Of a stretch of DNA of 64,000 bases, positions 44,851 to 54,324 are shown in pieces (the first letter of the stretch is position 1; each line of letters opens with the position of its first letter). The notes beneath the pieces were generated by a model. The model worked only from the letters and a program-made list of their open reading frames with translations, ran no database searches and was not told where the DNA came from. The stretch comes from Patescibacteria group bacterium (GTDB taxonomy: Bacteria; Patescibacteriota; Patescibacteriia; SG8-24), in contig JBAYFM010000008.1 in NCBI GenBank assembly GCA_041667185.1, forward strand, positions 1,714 through 65,713. The letters run 5' to 3'. Position numbers and translations under genes: made by a program.

Positions 44851-45117
44851 GTATATTTTTATTGCGGGAGGGAGTCGGCCTCCCTCGTAAAAGATCTGAA
44901 ATTACTCGGTCGGCCCGGGGCGCCCCTTGGCGCCCGTGCGCCGCTGCGTTGACTTGCGGCGCACCCCTCATGACCTTGCGATCGCTAGCTCCTGAAGCTA
45001 GTGCGTCTGCCATTTGTTTCGCTCGCGTAGAAATTGTAATCGCTCGCGAAACCCCGGGCACGTCTTCGCGCCCGTGCGGCGCTCGCCGGTTCGCGCCGCA
45101 CCCACCGCAGCGAGAAC
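44851..45117 (-). pseudogene. disrupted tRNA-Leu copy carrying two related ~80-nt GC-rich hairpin inserts (family-2) in the D-stem and T-stem
   Basis: In tRNA orientation: GCTGCGGTGG, insert A (plus-strand 45016-45100; GTGCGGCGC-loop-GCGCCGCAC GGGCGCGAAG...), AAATGGCAGACGCACTAGCTTCAGGAGCTAGCGATCGCAAGGTCATGAGGG, insert B (44885-44963; GTGCGCCGC-loop-GCGGCGCAC GGGCGCCAAGGGGCGCCC...), then a degenerate T-stem/acceptor GGGAGGCCGACTCCCTCCCGCA. Confidence 0.75.
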
Positions 45118-45159
45118 TTTTGTCCGTATAATATGCCTGATTTTGGCTGATTTGTCAAG

Positions 45160-45300
45160 TTGGTGGGGGAGGCGGAGAGACGGAGTTGGGGAGAGACGGA
45201 GTCAGGGAGAATATAATAGTTCTGACTCCGTATCTCCGTCACTCCATGACTCTATGACCTCGTATCTTCCTCACTTCCAAACTCTCCTCGTATTGATATA
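45160..45300. repeat. GGGAG-rich element (instance e)
   Basis: GGTGGGGGAGGCGGAGAGACGGAGTTGGGGAGAGACGGAGTCAGGGAGAATATAATAGTTCTGACTCCGTATCTCCGTCACTCCATGACTC... Hairpin GGAGTCAG...CTGACTCC. Confidence 0.65.
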
Positions 45301-47109
45301 CCAATTGATGACGTTCGAGAAGCGGTCGGCCGGGATGAAGATCGTGCCGTTATCGATGCCCTTGATCTTGCTGCTCACGGCGTAGGTATAGGTGGGGCTG
45401 TAGAGGAAGATCGCCGGCACCTCTTCGGCCAGGATGTCCTGGAATTCCTTATAATAGGTCGCGCGTTCCTCTTCCTTGGTGGTCAGGCGCGATTTTTCCA
45501 GCAGCTCGTCGGCGCGGCGGTTGCTGAAGACCGCCAGGTTCAAGCCTGGCGCGGCGTTCTGCGATGAATGCCAGAACGGGTACGGGTCCGGATCCGGCCC
45601 GATGATCTCGCCGTAAAGCAGAGCTTCGTATTCGCGCGTCTTGATCTTGTCGCGGGCGATCTTGGAGGCGGGAGTGATCTCGAGTTCGGCTTTGACACCG
45701 ACGCTTGCCCAGTTCTGCTGGATGATCTGGGCGACGGCGATGCTGTCCTTGGAGTCGACGGTCGTGAGCGTGATGGCGAGTTCGGTCTTGGTCACCGCCT
45801 TGGTTTTCGCGTCCTTGGATTCTTTCTGCCGCAGGCCGCCTTCGCCGATCTTCCAGCCCTCCTGGTCGAGCAGCGCCGCGGCTTTGGTCGCGTCGAGCGA
45901 GTAGCGTTTGACTTCGGGATGGAAGCCGACGAAGCCGGGCGGGATGGGTCCGTAGATGGGAGCCCCGGAATCGCCCAGGACCTCCTTCACGATCCGGTCG
46001 CGGTCGATGGCGAGCGCCAGCGCCTGGCGGACGGCTTTCGAACCGAGCTGCGCATTCTTGGCCTGGTTGAAGAAGACCGCCGTGTATTGCGGCAGGCGCA
46101 GATCGTAGATCCGGACCGGGCGGAATTTTTTGACCTCGGCAAGCGCGTCGTGCGGCAGGAAACTGATGCCGTCAACGTGTTTGCCAGTCAGGGCTTCGAC
46201 CGCGGAAGCGAAGTCCGGATAGTACTTGAAGATCAGCGTGTCGAGCAGCGCCTTTTCGCCGTAGTAGTCGTCGTTGCGCGACAGCGTGTAGGAGCGGATG
46301 GCACCTTTCTTGTCTTTGATGAAAATATTGAACTTGAACGGACCGGTGCCGACCGGTTTGATGTTCAGGTCCGCGCGCGAGGCATTGGCCGGCTTGATCT
46401 CCTGCCACAGGTGGTCGGGCAGGATGCCGAGCGTCAGGATCCCCAGGAACGGCGCGAACGGTTCGGACAGTTTGAAGACGACGGTCTGGTCGTCCGGAGC
46501 CTCGACGGCGACGTTCTTGAACTGGCCCTGGTAGGGGCTGTCCCAGCCCGGGTCTTTGACGTGCTCGTAAGTGGCGACGATGTCGCGGGCGGAGAAGTCG
46601 GCTCCGTCATGCCAGCGGATGCCGGCGCGCAATTTGAAAGTGTAGGTCTTGCCGTCCTCGGAGATGGCGTAGCTTTCGGCTAGATCCGGCACGAGCTCGC
46701 CCTTGGTGTTCGTCCGCATGAGCCCCGAGAAGATCAGCTTGATCAGGTCGCCGTCGGCGTCATTGGTGCCGGCCAGGATCGGATTCACGAAACGCGGTCC
46801 GCCGACAGCGGCTTCGGTATATTCGCCGCCCTGGGCCGGGGCGCGCGTCACGTGGTCGGAGTAGTATTTGGTTCCGGCAGCGACGAGCGCGATCACGATG
46901 GCCGCTCCGAAGATCTTGAGCAAGCGGCGTTCGACTGGATCAAGATAGCGCCCGAGGTGCTTGAGCTGTCCGAGCGACGGGATGCGCCGGTCCGACAGTC
47001 CTAAAACCAGCCGCTTGTCGAGGCTGGAGTCTTTGATGGCTTGGCGCCGCTGCTCGCGACGTCTCAGTGATTCCCAGGCGGAACGGACGGCGCTGAATAC
47101 GGACATCAC
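45271..47109 (-). CDS. ABC transporter substrate-binding protein, family 5 (oligopeptide/dipeptide-binding-like)
   Basis: N-terminal TM anchor, then SBP_bac_5-like sequence (YTFKLRAGIRWHDG, TYEHVKDPGW...). 612 aa. Confidence 0.8.
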   Translation of the reverse strand: MMSVFSAVRSAWESLRRREQRRQAIKDSSLDKRLVLGLSDRRIPSLGQLKHLGRYLDPVERRLLKIFGAAIVIALVAAGTKYYSDHVTRAPAQGGEYTEAAVGGPRFVNPILAGTNDADGDLIKLIFSGLMRTNTKGELVPDLAESYAISEDGKTYTFKLRAGIRWHDGADFSARDIVATYEHVKDPGWDSPYQGQFKNVAVEAPDDQTVVFKLSEPFAPFLGILTLGILPDHLWQEIKPANASRADLNIKPVGTGPFKFNIFIKDKKGAIRSYTLSRNDDYYGEKALLDTLIFKYYPDFASAVEALTGKHVDGISFLPHDALAEVKKFRPVRIYDLRLPQYTAVFFNQAKNAQLGSKAVRQALALAIDRDRIVKEVLGDSGAPIYGPIPPGFVGFHPEVKRYSLDATKAAALLDQEGWKIGEGGLRQKESKDAKTKAVTKTELAITLTTVDSKDSIAVAQIIQQNWASVGVKAELEITPASKIARDKIKTREYEALLYGEIIGPDPDPYPFWHSSQNAAPGLNLAVFSNRRADELLEKSRLTTKEEERATYYKEFQDILAEEVPAIFLYSPTYTYAVSSKIKGIDNGTIFIPADRFSNVINWYINTRRVWK

Positions 47110-47138
47110 AGGTGTGGTTAGTTGGCGGCCGGCAGCGA

Positions 47139-47363
47139 TCAGGCGGCCGGCAGGATGACGGCGGCGATAGAGAGCGCGAAGAAGACGACGGTAAAGACGA
47201 TAGTGCTGCGGAAAAGGGTCTTTTCCAGGCCGCGTTTGGTCCGGTAGATGTTGCCCTCGCCACCGAAAGTGGCTCCCAGGCCGGTGCCGCGCGATTGGAG
47301 CAGGATCGTGGCGATGAGCAGGACTGAAACGGCGATCTGGGCGATGATGAGATATTTCTGCAT
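47139..47363 (-). CDS. secG: preprotein translocase subunit SecG
   Basis: MQKYLIIAQIAVSVLLIATILLQSRGTGLGATFGG pattern (LLQxGKG...FGG) and second TM. 74 aa. Confidence 0.8.
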   Translation of the reverse strand: MQKYLIIAQIAVSVLLIATILLQSRGTGLGATFGGEGNIYRTKRGLEKTLFRSTIVFTVVFFALSIAAVILPAA

Positions 47364-47504
47364 AATTTTGGCTAAGGCCGCCTTAAGGCTGGCACGGTGT
47401 CGATATTCTCACATGGCGACCGGGCTTTGTCAACGCGAAGCTGGCGCGGGACCGCCAGAGTCGTCTTTTGTGTCGGCCCCAGTATTAGGTTATAATATTA
47501 AGGT

Positions 47505-48254
47505 ATGTACGAATCAGAATCAGCTGGAAAAAAGCGGAAGGGCCGCAGCGTCGGGGCAGTGATCGGTTGGACCGTTTTGTCGCTGATTTTCGTGTTTCTG
47601 GCGTATATCGGCTATCGCACCTGGTATTACTACGACAAGATCAGGCATGGCGAGCTCATCGACCTGTCGCAATTCGCCGGCGAGATGACCACGTCCGACT
47701 CAGTTTCGCCGTTTGCCGCCGTTTACGCCGATCGTTCGGTCGTGGAGGATCAGAATGCTCCGGCTTTCGGGGTGGCTGGGGAGGCGGCCAGGCTGACCGT
47801 CGTCGAGTTCGGTGATTATCACTGTCCGTTTTCGCAGCAGGTCGCGAGCGTGGTCCGGGAGATGATGACCATCTACGGCGACCGCGTCCGTTTCATCCAT
47901 CGCGATTTTCCCACCAAGACGGATCTCGCCGATCCGCTGGCCGCGGCCGTCGCGGCGCGCTGCGCCAACGAGCAGGGGAAATTCTGGCAGTATTACGACC
48001 GGCTTTACGTGAATCCGGAACGTCTGGAGGTCGCCGATCTGACCGCTTATGCCACGCAGGTGAATCTGGATCAGACGCGCTTCGAACAGTGTCTGTTGGA
48101 ACGACGCCACGAGGCGGCTGTAGCCTCGGATATGCGCGAAGGCCGCGCCCTCGGCATCCGCGGCACGCCGACCTTCTTTTTCAACGGGATCAAGGTTGAG
48201 GGGGCTCTGAACAGGCAAGCTTTCCAGATGATCATCGATAAGCTGCTGCAATAA
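47505..48254 (+). CDS. DsbA-like thioredoxin-fold oxidoreductase with CPFS (CxxS) active-site motif, membrane-anchored
   Basis: N-terminal TM. VVEFGDYHCPFSQQ active-site region (second Cys replaced by Ser). DsbA-family C-terminal helical region. Confidence 0.65.
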   Translation: MYESESAGKKRKGRSVGAVIGWTVLSLIFVFLAYIGYRTWYYYDKIRHGELIDLSQFAGEMTTSDSVSPFAAVYADRSVVEDQNAPAFGVAGEAARLTVVEFGDYHCPFSQQVASVVREMMTIYGDRVRFIHRDFPTKTDLADPLAAAVAARCANEQGKFWQYYDRLYVNPERLEVADLTAYATQVNLDQTRFEQCLLERRHEAAVASDMREGRALGIRGTPTFFFNGIKVEGALNRQAFQMIIDKLLQ

Positions 48255-48264
48255 TAGAGCGCGT

Positions 48265-50067
48265 ATGGGTTTTTTCTTCGGCCAAGGTATCAAGTTGCGT
48301 CCCCGCCAGGCGATCCTGGGATTGGCGTCCGGCGTTCAGCTGGGCGTCATGGCGGTCATTTTCCTGCTGCCGCTGCTCCTGCCGGTCGCCGCTCTCGGCC
48401 AGGGCGCCGCTCCCGATCCGGGGATTTTGGATCAGGCCATGAAAGAGAGCCGCTGCTTCCAGCTCATCGAGTGCAACAAGGACATGCTCGACCAGACGCT
48501 GTGCACGAACAGCCCGCAGAATTGCTGTCTCGGCGATCGCTGCTTCGAACGCAACACCGCGTGCGGCTCGGGTTCGGGCAAGACCGCATCCGGATTCTGC
48601 TTCGCCAAATCTCCGCCCTTCCAGCTCGCAGTGAGTTTCGGCGGCACCAACACCGTGGTCGACCTGAGCGACTACATCGTCAGGGTCTATAAGTTCGCCA
48701 TCGGCATCGCCGCCATCCTCGCCGCCGTGATGATGATGGTCGGCGGTTTCCTGTATCTGACCGCGGCCGATTCCGGACGCGTCTCCCGCGGCAAGGAATA
48801 CATCGTCGATGCTTTGACCGGTCTGGTCGTGGCTTTCAGCGCTTTCCTGCTCCTGAACACCGTCAATCCTGATACGGTTTCGCTGGCGCTGCCGAAGATC
48901 CCGGTCGTCAAAAAGCAGGCGTACGTCGGCTGCACTCTGACTGATTATTGCGCCGGCTGCGGCTTGGAATACGGCATTACCCAAGCGTTCATTGATGATC
49001 TGAGCGCTGGCCTGACCGGCCAGGGGGCTTTCAAAGGGGAAGGGTCCAATAAGGTCTTTTGTTCGCCGGACTACATCCTGACGAATATCTCGAGCGGCAG
49101 CGGTTACGTGGCCAAGTGCGTCGGCAAAGTTTGCGACCCTAGCTTGTATCGGTCGGGCAGCGCGCCGCCGGCGACCTGCAACATGAATCTGCACAGCTGC
49201 CAGAAACCCGCGGCGCCGACCGATGTACCGGCTTGCGGCACTGAAGTCGCTCAGGCCATCAAATTGGCTTCGTTGCCGGCCGGTTCGCCGCCGCCAGCCC
49301 CGGATCAGCAGTATCCGGCCTGGTTCTGCCGCTCATGCAATCCTCTCGGTTCGGCTTGTTCGCCGACAGGCCAGAATCCCCGGTGTTGCGGCGGTTATTG
49401 CGGCCAGGGCGGCTGCACCACCGGCCAACCCGGCGACGCGTGCAACGACAACAAGGATTGCGCCTCGAATATCTGCCAGACCAACTGGGGGAATTCCTGT
49501 TCCGAGGGATTGGTCGGCGCGCCCTGCACCAACGATAAGGAGTGTCGCGCGGGTTTCAAATGCAACACCGCGAATAAGAATGTCTGTACTCCGGGCAATA
49601 AATTTTCCAAGTGCTCCAGCGATAGCGAGTGTAATACGGGATTCTGTAACACCGGGCTTGGTATTTGTGTGAACAGTCCGAGCGAGGCGCTTGTTCGGCC
49701 CAGTTCGACATGTTCGAACGCCGAATGTTCGCGTCTGACTGGCGGGGTATTGAACTATTGCAGCAGTCAAATATCCAGGTGCACCGACGGCTCCGATGGA
49801 TCGCCTTGCGGTCGCGAGTCTGATTGCGCCTCGGGTCGGTGCGTGGCTTTAGCCGGCATCAGGATCTGCACTTCCGGCGAGTCTGGTTCGGCCTGTGATA
49901 ATGACTCGGATTGTATCAGCGGCCATTGTTTCACCGAGGGTGATTTCAACGTGTGTACGACCGGCGGTCCTGGCAGCCGCTGTAATAATGCCGAAGGATG
50001 CAACCAGGACAGCAGACTGCGGATGGATTGCCTTGGAAATCGCTGCGTTTTCCGGACCGGCACCTGA
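48265..50067 (+). CDS. cysteine-rich repeat membrane/secreted protein (about 60 Cys), hypothetical
   Basis: N-terminal TM or signal. Central hydrophobic hairpin (YKFAIGIAAILAAVMMMVGGFLYL...LVVAFSAFLLLN), reminiscent of TrbC/VirB2-like pilins. C-terminal ~20-aa repeats of the form C-x2-D-x-[DE]-C-x-SG-x-C (e.g. GSPCGRESDCASGRCV, GSACDNDSDCISGHCF). Confidence 0.6.
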   Translation: MGFFFGQGIKLRPRQAILGLASGVQLGVMAVIFLLPLLLPVAALGQGAAPDPGILDQAMKESRCFQLIECNKDMLDQTLCTNSPQNCCLGDRCFERNTACGSGSGKTASGFCFAKSPPFQLAVSFGGTNTVVDLSDYIVRVYKFAIGIAAILAAVMMMVGGFLYLTAADSGRVSRGKEYIVDALTGLVVAFSAFLLLNTVNPDTVSLALPKIPVVKKQAYVGCTLTDYCAGCGLEYGITQAFIDDLSAGLTGQGAFKGEGSNKVFCSPDYILTNISSGSGYVAKCVGKVCDPSLYRSGSAPPATCNMNLHSCQKPAAPTDVPACGTEVAQAIKLASLPAGSPPPAPDQQYPAWFCRSCNPLGSACSPTGQNPRCCGGYCGQGGCTTGQPGDACNDNKDCASNICQTNWGNSCSEGLVGAPCTNDKECRAGFKCNTANKNVCTPGNKFSKCSSDSECNTGFCNTGLGICVNSPSEALVRPSSTCSNAECSRLTGGVLNYCSSQISRCTDGSDGSPCGRESDCASGRCVALAGIRICTSGESGSACDNDSDCISGHCFTEGDFNVCTTGGPGSRCNNAEGCNQDSRLRMDCLGNRCVFRTGT

Positions 50068-50307
50068 TCGCGCTCCGGTTGCGGGCGCACCCCCGACATC
50101 TTTAATGAACGACTCGGCTCCGCGGCGCAAACCGCGGAGTTTTGAGCTTAAAAATGCCGGTTTGCCGCGCTCCGGAGATATTCTGGAACGCCGGTCTGAG
50201 CGCCACCCTTGCCAAGACCCGGACCAAGCGATATACTGGGAACTAACTTTTGTCTTTCCGGCCGCCGGACCGCAAGAAGGACCGGCTGACGGCTAACCGC
50301 GACCGCC

Positions 50308-53184
50308 ATGAGCCAGCAGGGTTCGAGTATCATCATCAAGGGCGCCCGCGTCCACAATCTCAAGAATATTGACGTGGAGATCCCGAAGAATAAATTCGTG
50401 GTCATCACGGGACTTTCAGGTTCGGGAAAATCGTCGTTGGCTTTCGACACCATCTATGCCGAGGGGCAGCGGCGGTACGTCGAGAGTCTGTCGTCGTACG
50501 CGCGGCAATTTTTGGAACTGCAGGACAAGCCGGACGCGGACGAGATCCGTGGCTTGTCGCCGACCATCGCCATCGAGCAGCGCACCATTTCCGCGAATCC
50601 GCGCTCGACCGTCGGCACCGTGACTGAGGTCTACGATTACCTGCGGTTGCTGTTCGCGCGCGCCGGCCGGCCGAATTGCCCGAAGTGCAAAAAGCCCGTG
50701 ACGCACGAGAGCCCGCACGAGATCGCCAAACGCGTTCGCTTGCTCATCGACGAGACGCCGCTCGCGATCCTGGCTCCGGTCGTCCGCGACGAGAAGGGTC
50801 TGCACAAGCATCTTTTGGATTGGGCCGCCAAGAACGGCTTCAAGGAGGTCCGCTACGACGGTGTCTTCGCGCCGATCGACGAGATGCGCACCATCCGCCG
50901 CGACCGCGAAAAACGCTCCACCATCGAGATCGTCATCGCTCGCTACGAGCAGCACGACGAATCGCCGCACCTCGAGGAGCAGATAGCCAAGGCCTTCGAT
51001 CTGGCCGACGGCTTCCTGCGCATCTGGCGCACTGATTCCGGCGAGGACATCGGTTTCAGCCAGCGGCTGACCTGTCCGACCTGCGGCCTCAACCTGCCCG
51101 AACTCGAGCCACGGCTCTTTTCTTTCAATAGTCCGCACGGCGCCTGCGCCGACTGCACCGGCCTCGGCACCAAGCTGAAGGTCGAGCCGGATCTCGTGAT
51201 CCCGAATCCGCGCCTGACGCTCGCTCAGGGCGCCATCAAACCGTGGACCCGCATCGCCGGCAACCAGAACTGGTACATGAAACTGCTGGCCGCGGTCGCC
51301 GAGACGCACGGGTTCTCGCTCGACCTGCCGGCCGACAAACTCGAACAGCGCGCGCTCGACCTCGTGATGTACGGGACGGGGGAGGAGACGTATCTGGTCG
51401 ACGGCCAGAAAGCCGCTTTCGAGGGCGTCATCCCGAACCTGGAGAAGCGCTACAAGGAGACTGACTCGGATTACGTGCGCCACGAGATCGAGTCCTACAT
51501 GAACGTGGTCATCTGTCCGACCTGCGTCGGCAAGCGTTTGCGCCCCGAAGCCCTGGCCGTGACTTTCGGCGGCCGGACCATCGCCGAGGTCGTCGGCCTG
51601 CCGATCGACGAGGCCGCGGTTTTCTTCGAGGGCCTGGCGAATGCCGCCAAAGCCATCATCGGTAAGCCGGAAAAACGCGTCAAGGAAGCCAAAAAAGAGA
51701 GTGTCCTGAACGACCGTGAGGCCAGGATCTCCGCTCAGGCTTTGCGCGAAGCGGTCGTCCGCCTCAAGAATCTCGTTGATGTCGGCCTCGGCTACCTCAC
51801 TCTCGACCGCTCGGCCGTGTCGCTCTCCGGCGGCGAGCTGCAGCGCGTGCGTCTGGCCACTCAGCTCGGCACCGGCCTCTCCGGCGTCATTTATATTTTG
51901 GACGAGCCATCGATCGGCCTGCATTCGCGCGACAACGACCGGCTCATCACCGCGCTCAAGAAACTCCGCGATCTCGGCAACACGGTCATCGTCGTCGAAC
52001 ATGACGCCGCGACCATGGAGGCGGCCGACTACCTGATCGACATGGGTCCGGGTGCCGGCGTGTTCGGCGGCGAGATCATCGCCGAGGGCACTCCGGCCGA
52101 GGTCCGGCGCAACAAGGATTCGCTGACCGGGCGCTACCTCACCGGCAAGGATGAGATCCCGATCCCTAAGAAATACCGCCGCGGCTCCGGCAAGGCGCTC
52201 TTCATCAAAGGCGCGACGGAATTCAACCTGAAGAACGTTGACGCGCGCATCCCGCTCGGCCAGCTCGTCTGTGTCACGGGTGTTTCCGGCTCCGGCAAAT
52301 CCACGCTCATCGTCGACATCCTGAGCCGCTCCCTGATGCGCAAACTTTATCGCGCCAAGGAACCGCCGGGCGCGCACAAGGACATCAAGGGCTTGAACGA
52401 ACTCGACAAGGTCATCAGCATCGACCAGTCGCCGATCGGCCGCACGCCGCGCTCGAATCCGGCCACCTACACCGGCGTTTTCACGGTCATCCGCGATCTC
52501 TTCACCGAGATGCCGGAAGCGAAGATGAAGGGTTATGACGCCGGCAAGTTCAGCTTCAACGTCAAAGGCGGCGGCCGCTGCGAAGCCTGCGGCGGCGAAG
52601 GCATGGTGCGGATCGAGATGCAGTTCCTGCCCGACGTCTACATCGATTGCGCCGAGTGCCACGGCCAGCGCTACAATGCCGAGGCGCTGGAGGTCCATTA
52701 TAAGGATAAGACCATCGCCGACGTGCTCGCCATGTCGGTCGAACAGGCGGCCAAGTTCTTCGCCGACCAGCCGCTCATCAGCGAGAAGCTGTCCGTGCTG
52801 CAGGAGGTCGGCCTCGGTTATCTCAAACTCGGCCAGTCGGCCACGACGCTTTCGGGCGGCGAGGCCCAGCGCGTGAAACTCGCGACCGAACTCTCGCGCC
52901 GCGCCACCGGCCGCACGCTCTACATCCTGGACGAGCCGACCACCGGCCTGCATTTCGATGACATCAAGCGCCTGCTCGGCGTCCTGAATCAGCTCGTGGA
53001 CAAGGGTAATTCGGTGCTCATCATCGAACACAATCTCGACGTCATCAAATCCGCGGATTGGGTCCTGGACCTCGGTCCAGAGGGCGGTATCGGTGGCGGC
53101 CGGATCGTGGCCGAAGGCACGCCGAAGGACATCGCCAAGGTCAAAGGCTCCTGGACCGGCCAATATCTGAAGAAGGTGCTTTAA
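50308..53184 (+). CDS. uvrA: excinuclease ABC subunit A
   Basis: [48 protein letters not shown], two ABC ATPase modules, zinc fingers. 958 aa. Confidence 0.95.
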   Translation: MSQQGSSIIIKGARVHNLKNIDVEIPKNKFVVITGLSGSGKSSLAFDTIYAEGQRRYVESLSSYARQFLELQDKPDADEIRGLSPTIAIEQRTISANPRSTVGTVTEVYDYLRLLFARAGRPNCPKCKKPVTHESPHEIAKRVRLLIDETPLAILAPVVRDEKGLHKHLLDWAAKNGFKEVRYDGVFAPIDEMRTIRRDREKRSTIEIVIARYEQHDESPHLEEQIAKAFDLADGFLRIWRTDSGEDIGFSQRLTCPTCGLNLPELEPRLFSFNSPHGACADCTGLGTKLKVEPDLVIPNPRLTLAQGAIKPWTRIAGNQNWYMKLLAAVAETHGFSLDLPADKLEQRALDLVMYGTGEETYLVDGQKAAFEGVIPNLEKRYKETDSDYVRHEIESYMNVVICPTCVGKRLRPEALAVTFGGRTIAEVVGLPIDEAAVFFEGLANAAKAIIGKPEKRVKEAKKESVLNDREARISAQALREAVVRLKNLVDVGLGYLTLDRSAVSLSGGELQRVRLATQLGTGLSGVIYILDEPSIGLHSRDNDRLITALKKLRDLGNTVIVVEHDAATMEAADYLIDMGPGAGVFGGEIIAEGTPAEVRRNKDSLTGRYLTGKDEIPIPKKYRRGSGKALFIKGATEFNLKNVDARIPLGQLVCVTGVSGSGKSTLIVDILSRSLMRKLYRAKEPPGAHKDIKGLNELDKVISIDQSPIGRTPRSNPATYTGVFTVIRDLFTEMPEAKMKGYDAGKFSFNVKGGGRCEACGGEGMVRIEMQFLPDVYIDCAECHGQRYNAEALEVHYKDKTIADVLAMSVEQAAKFFADQPLISEKLSVLQEVGLGYLKLGQSATTLSGGEAQRVKLATELSRRATGRTLYILDEPTTGLHFDDIKRLLGVLNQLVDKGNSVLIIEHNLDVIKSADWVLDLGPEGGIGGGRIVAEGTPKDIAKVKGSWTGQYLKKVL

Positions 53185-53207
53185 ACGCCGGGAACCTGAT
53201 TATTCTT

Positions 53208-54266
53208 ATGCCAAACTCGCCAATCGATCGGCCTCCGGGTAGCGGCGCGACGGGTGAATTCGAACACATTGACCGCCTGGTCGGAGCTTCCGATCGGGAG
53301 ATCGAGGTTGAAGCGCAATGTTTGGCGGCGAGCGGGAGCGAGGCGCCGGAAGTGAAAATAGGCGACCGGCGGCTTGAATTCCGCGAGACCGAAAAGACCG
53401 AACGCGACCGGCAGATCATCGGACTGGCCTCGGCCGCGGTCGATGCGCTCATGCGCGAATACGGCCGCGAGCGTACCGTCGAGATCCCGGACGAAAATCT
53501 GCATTTGGTCGAAGCTCAAGCCGATATCTCCGGTTTTTACGACCCGCGCCGGCGGCAGTTGGCGGTCGCCAGGAAACCTGGGCACGACGCCAAACTGGCC
53601 GCGGATCTGTTTCATGAACTGGTACACGCCAAATCTTATAACGCGCTTCGGGTCAAGGACGTTGACGACCGCGAGGTCGAGTACTATCGGACCGGTTTGT
53701 TGACCGTGAGCCGCGAGGGGCGCACGCATTTCCGCGATCTGAACGAGGCTGTGGTCCAGACCCTGACCCTGGATTTTTTCGATCAGGTCGTCGAGAAGAA
53801 CGAATTGTTTCGTGATGAAATGTTCATGCCCGGTCGTAGCGGCGGGGCCCGGGGGCACGAGGAAGGGATTTATTGGGCCGAGCGATACCATTTTCAGGCC
53901 CTGACCCGGGCCTTATGGGAGCGTGATCGTGAGCAGGCGGCCGCGGGCGGCGAGCCGCGTTTCGGCAACGAGGAAGAGGTCAAACAGATGTTCTTCCGGG
54001 CTTCAGTGACCGGCAATCTGCTCGAGGTCGGCCGGGTGGTCGAGGCGGCCTGGGGCCCCGGCAGTTTGCGCAAATTAGGACTTTCTTTGGAGGAATTCTG
54101 CCGGGAGAATATCTATACCAAGCGCGGCCCCGGCCTGATCGACAGCCTGATCCAGCGGCTTAAGAAACCGGTCAAGGAGGTCGGCCGCAAGTGTTCTGAG
54201 CTTATCAGCGATAATGCCGACCTGGCCAAGAGCTTATTCGATAAGTTGCGGCCGCCGCAGGATTGA
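53208..54266 (+). CDS. hypothetical protein with HExxH motif (putative metallopeptidase-like)
   Basis: LFHELVHAKSY is the only recognisable motif. Start at MPNSP (53208), just downstream of the uvrA stop. Confidence 0.45.
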   Translation: MPNSPIDRPPGSGATGEFEHIDRLVGASDREIEVEAQCLAASGSEAPEVKIGDRRLEFRETEKTERDRQIIGLASAAVDALMREYGRERTVEIPDENLHLVEAQADISGFYDPRRRQLAVARKPGHDAKLAADLFHELVHAKSYNALRVKDVDDREVEYYRTGLLTVSREGRTHFRDLNEAVVQTLTLDFFDQVVEKNELFRDEMFMPGRSGGARGHEEGIYWAERYHFQALTRALWERDREQAAAGGEPRFGNEEEVKQMFFRASVTGNLLEVGRVVEAAWGPGSLRKLGLSLEEFCRENIYTKRGPGLIDSLIQRLKKPVKEVGRKCSELISDNADLAKSLFDKLRPPQD

Positions 54267-54324
54267 CAAAATCTTCAGTTTGTGCTATAAATAATGGTTC
54301 TAATGACCATTTTTTATTGTAATT

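Noticed and set aside
42504-46683. + strand ORFs 42504-43481, 43503-44312 (opposite rnj) and 45568-46683 (opposite the SBP gene)
   Set aside because: Antisense artefacts: D/E/G/A/R-rich with no hydrophobic cores.
50416-53163. 915-aa ORF antisense to uvrA
   Set aside because: Same high-GC antisense artefact. UvrA on the + strand is unambiguous.
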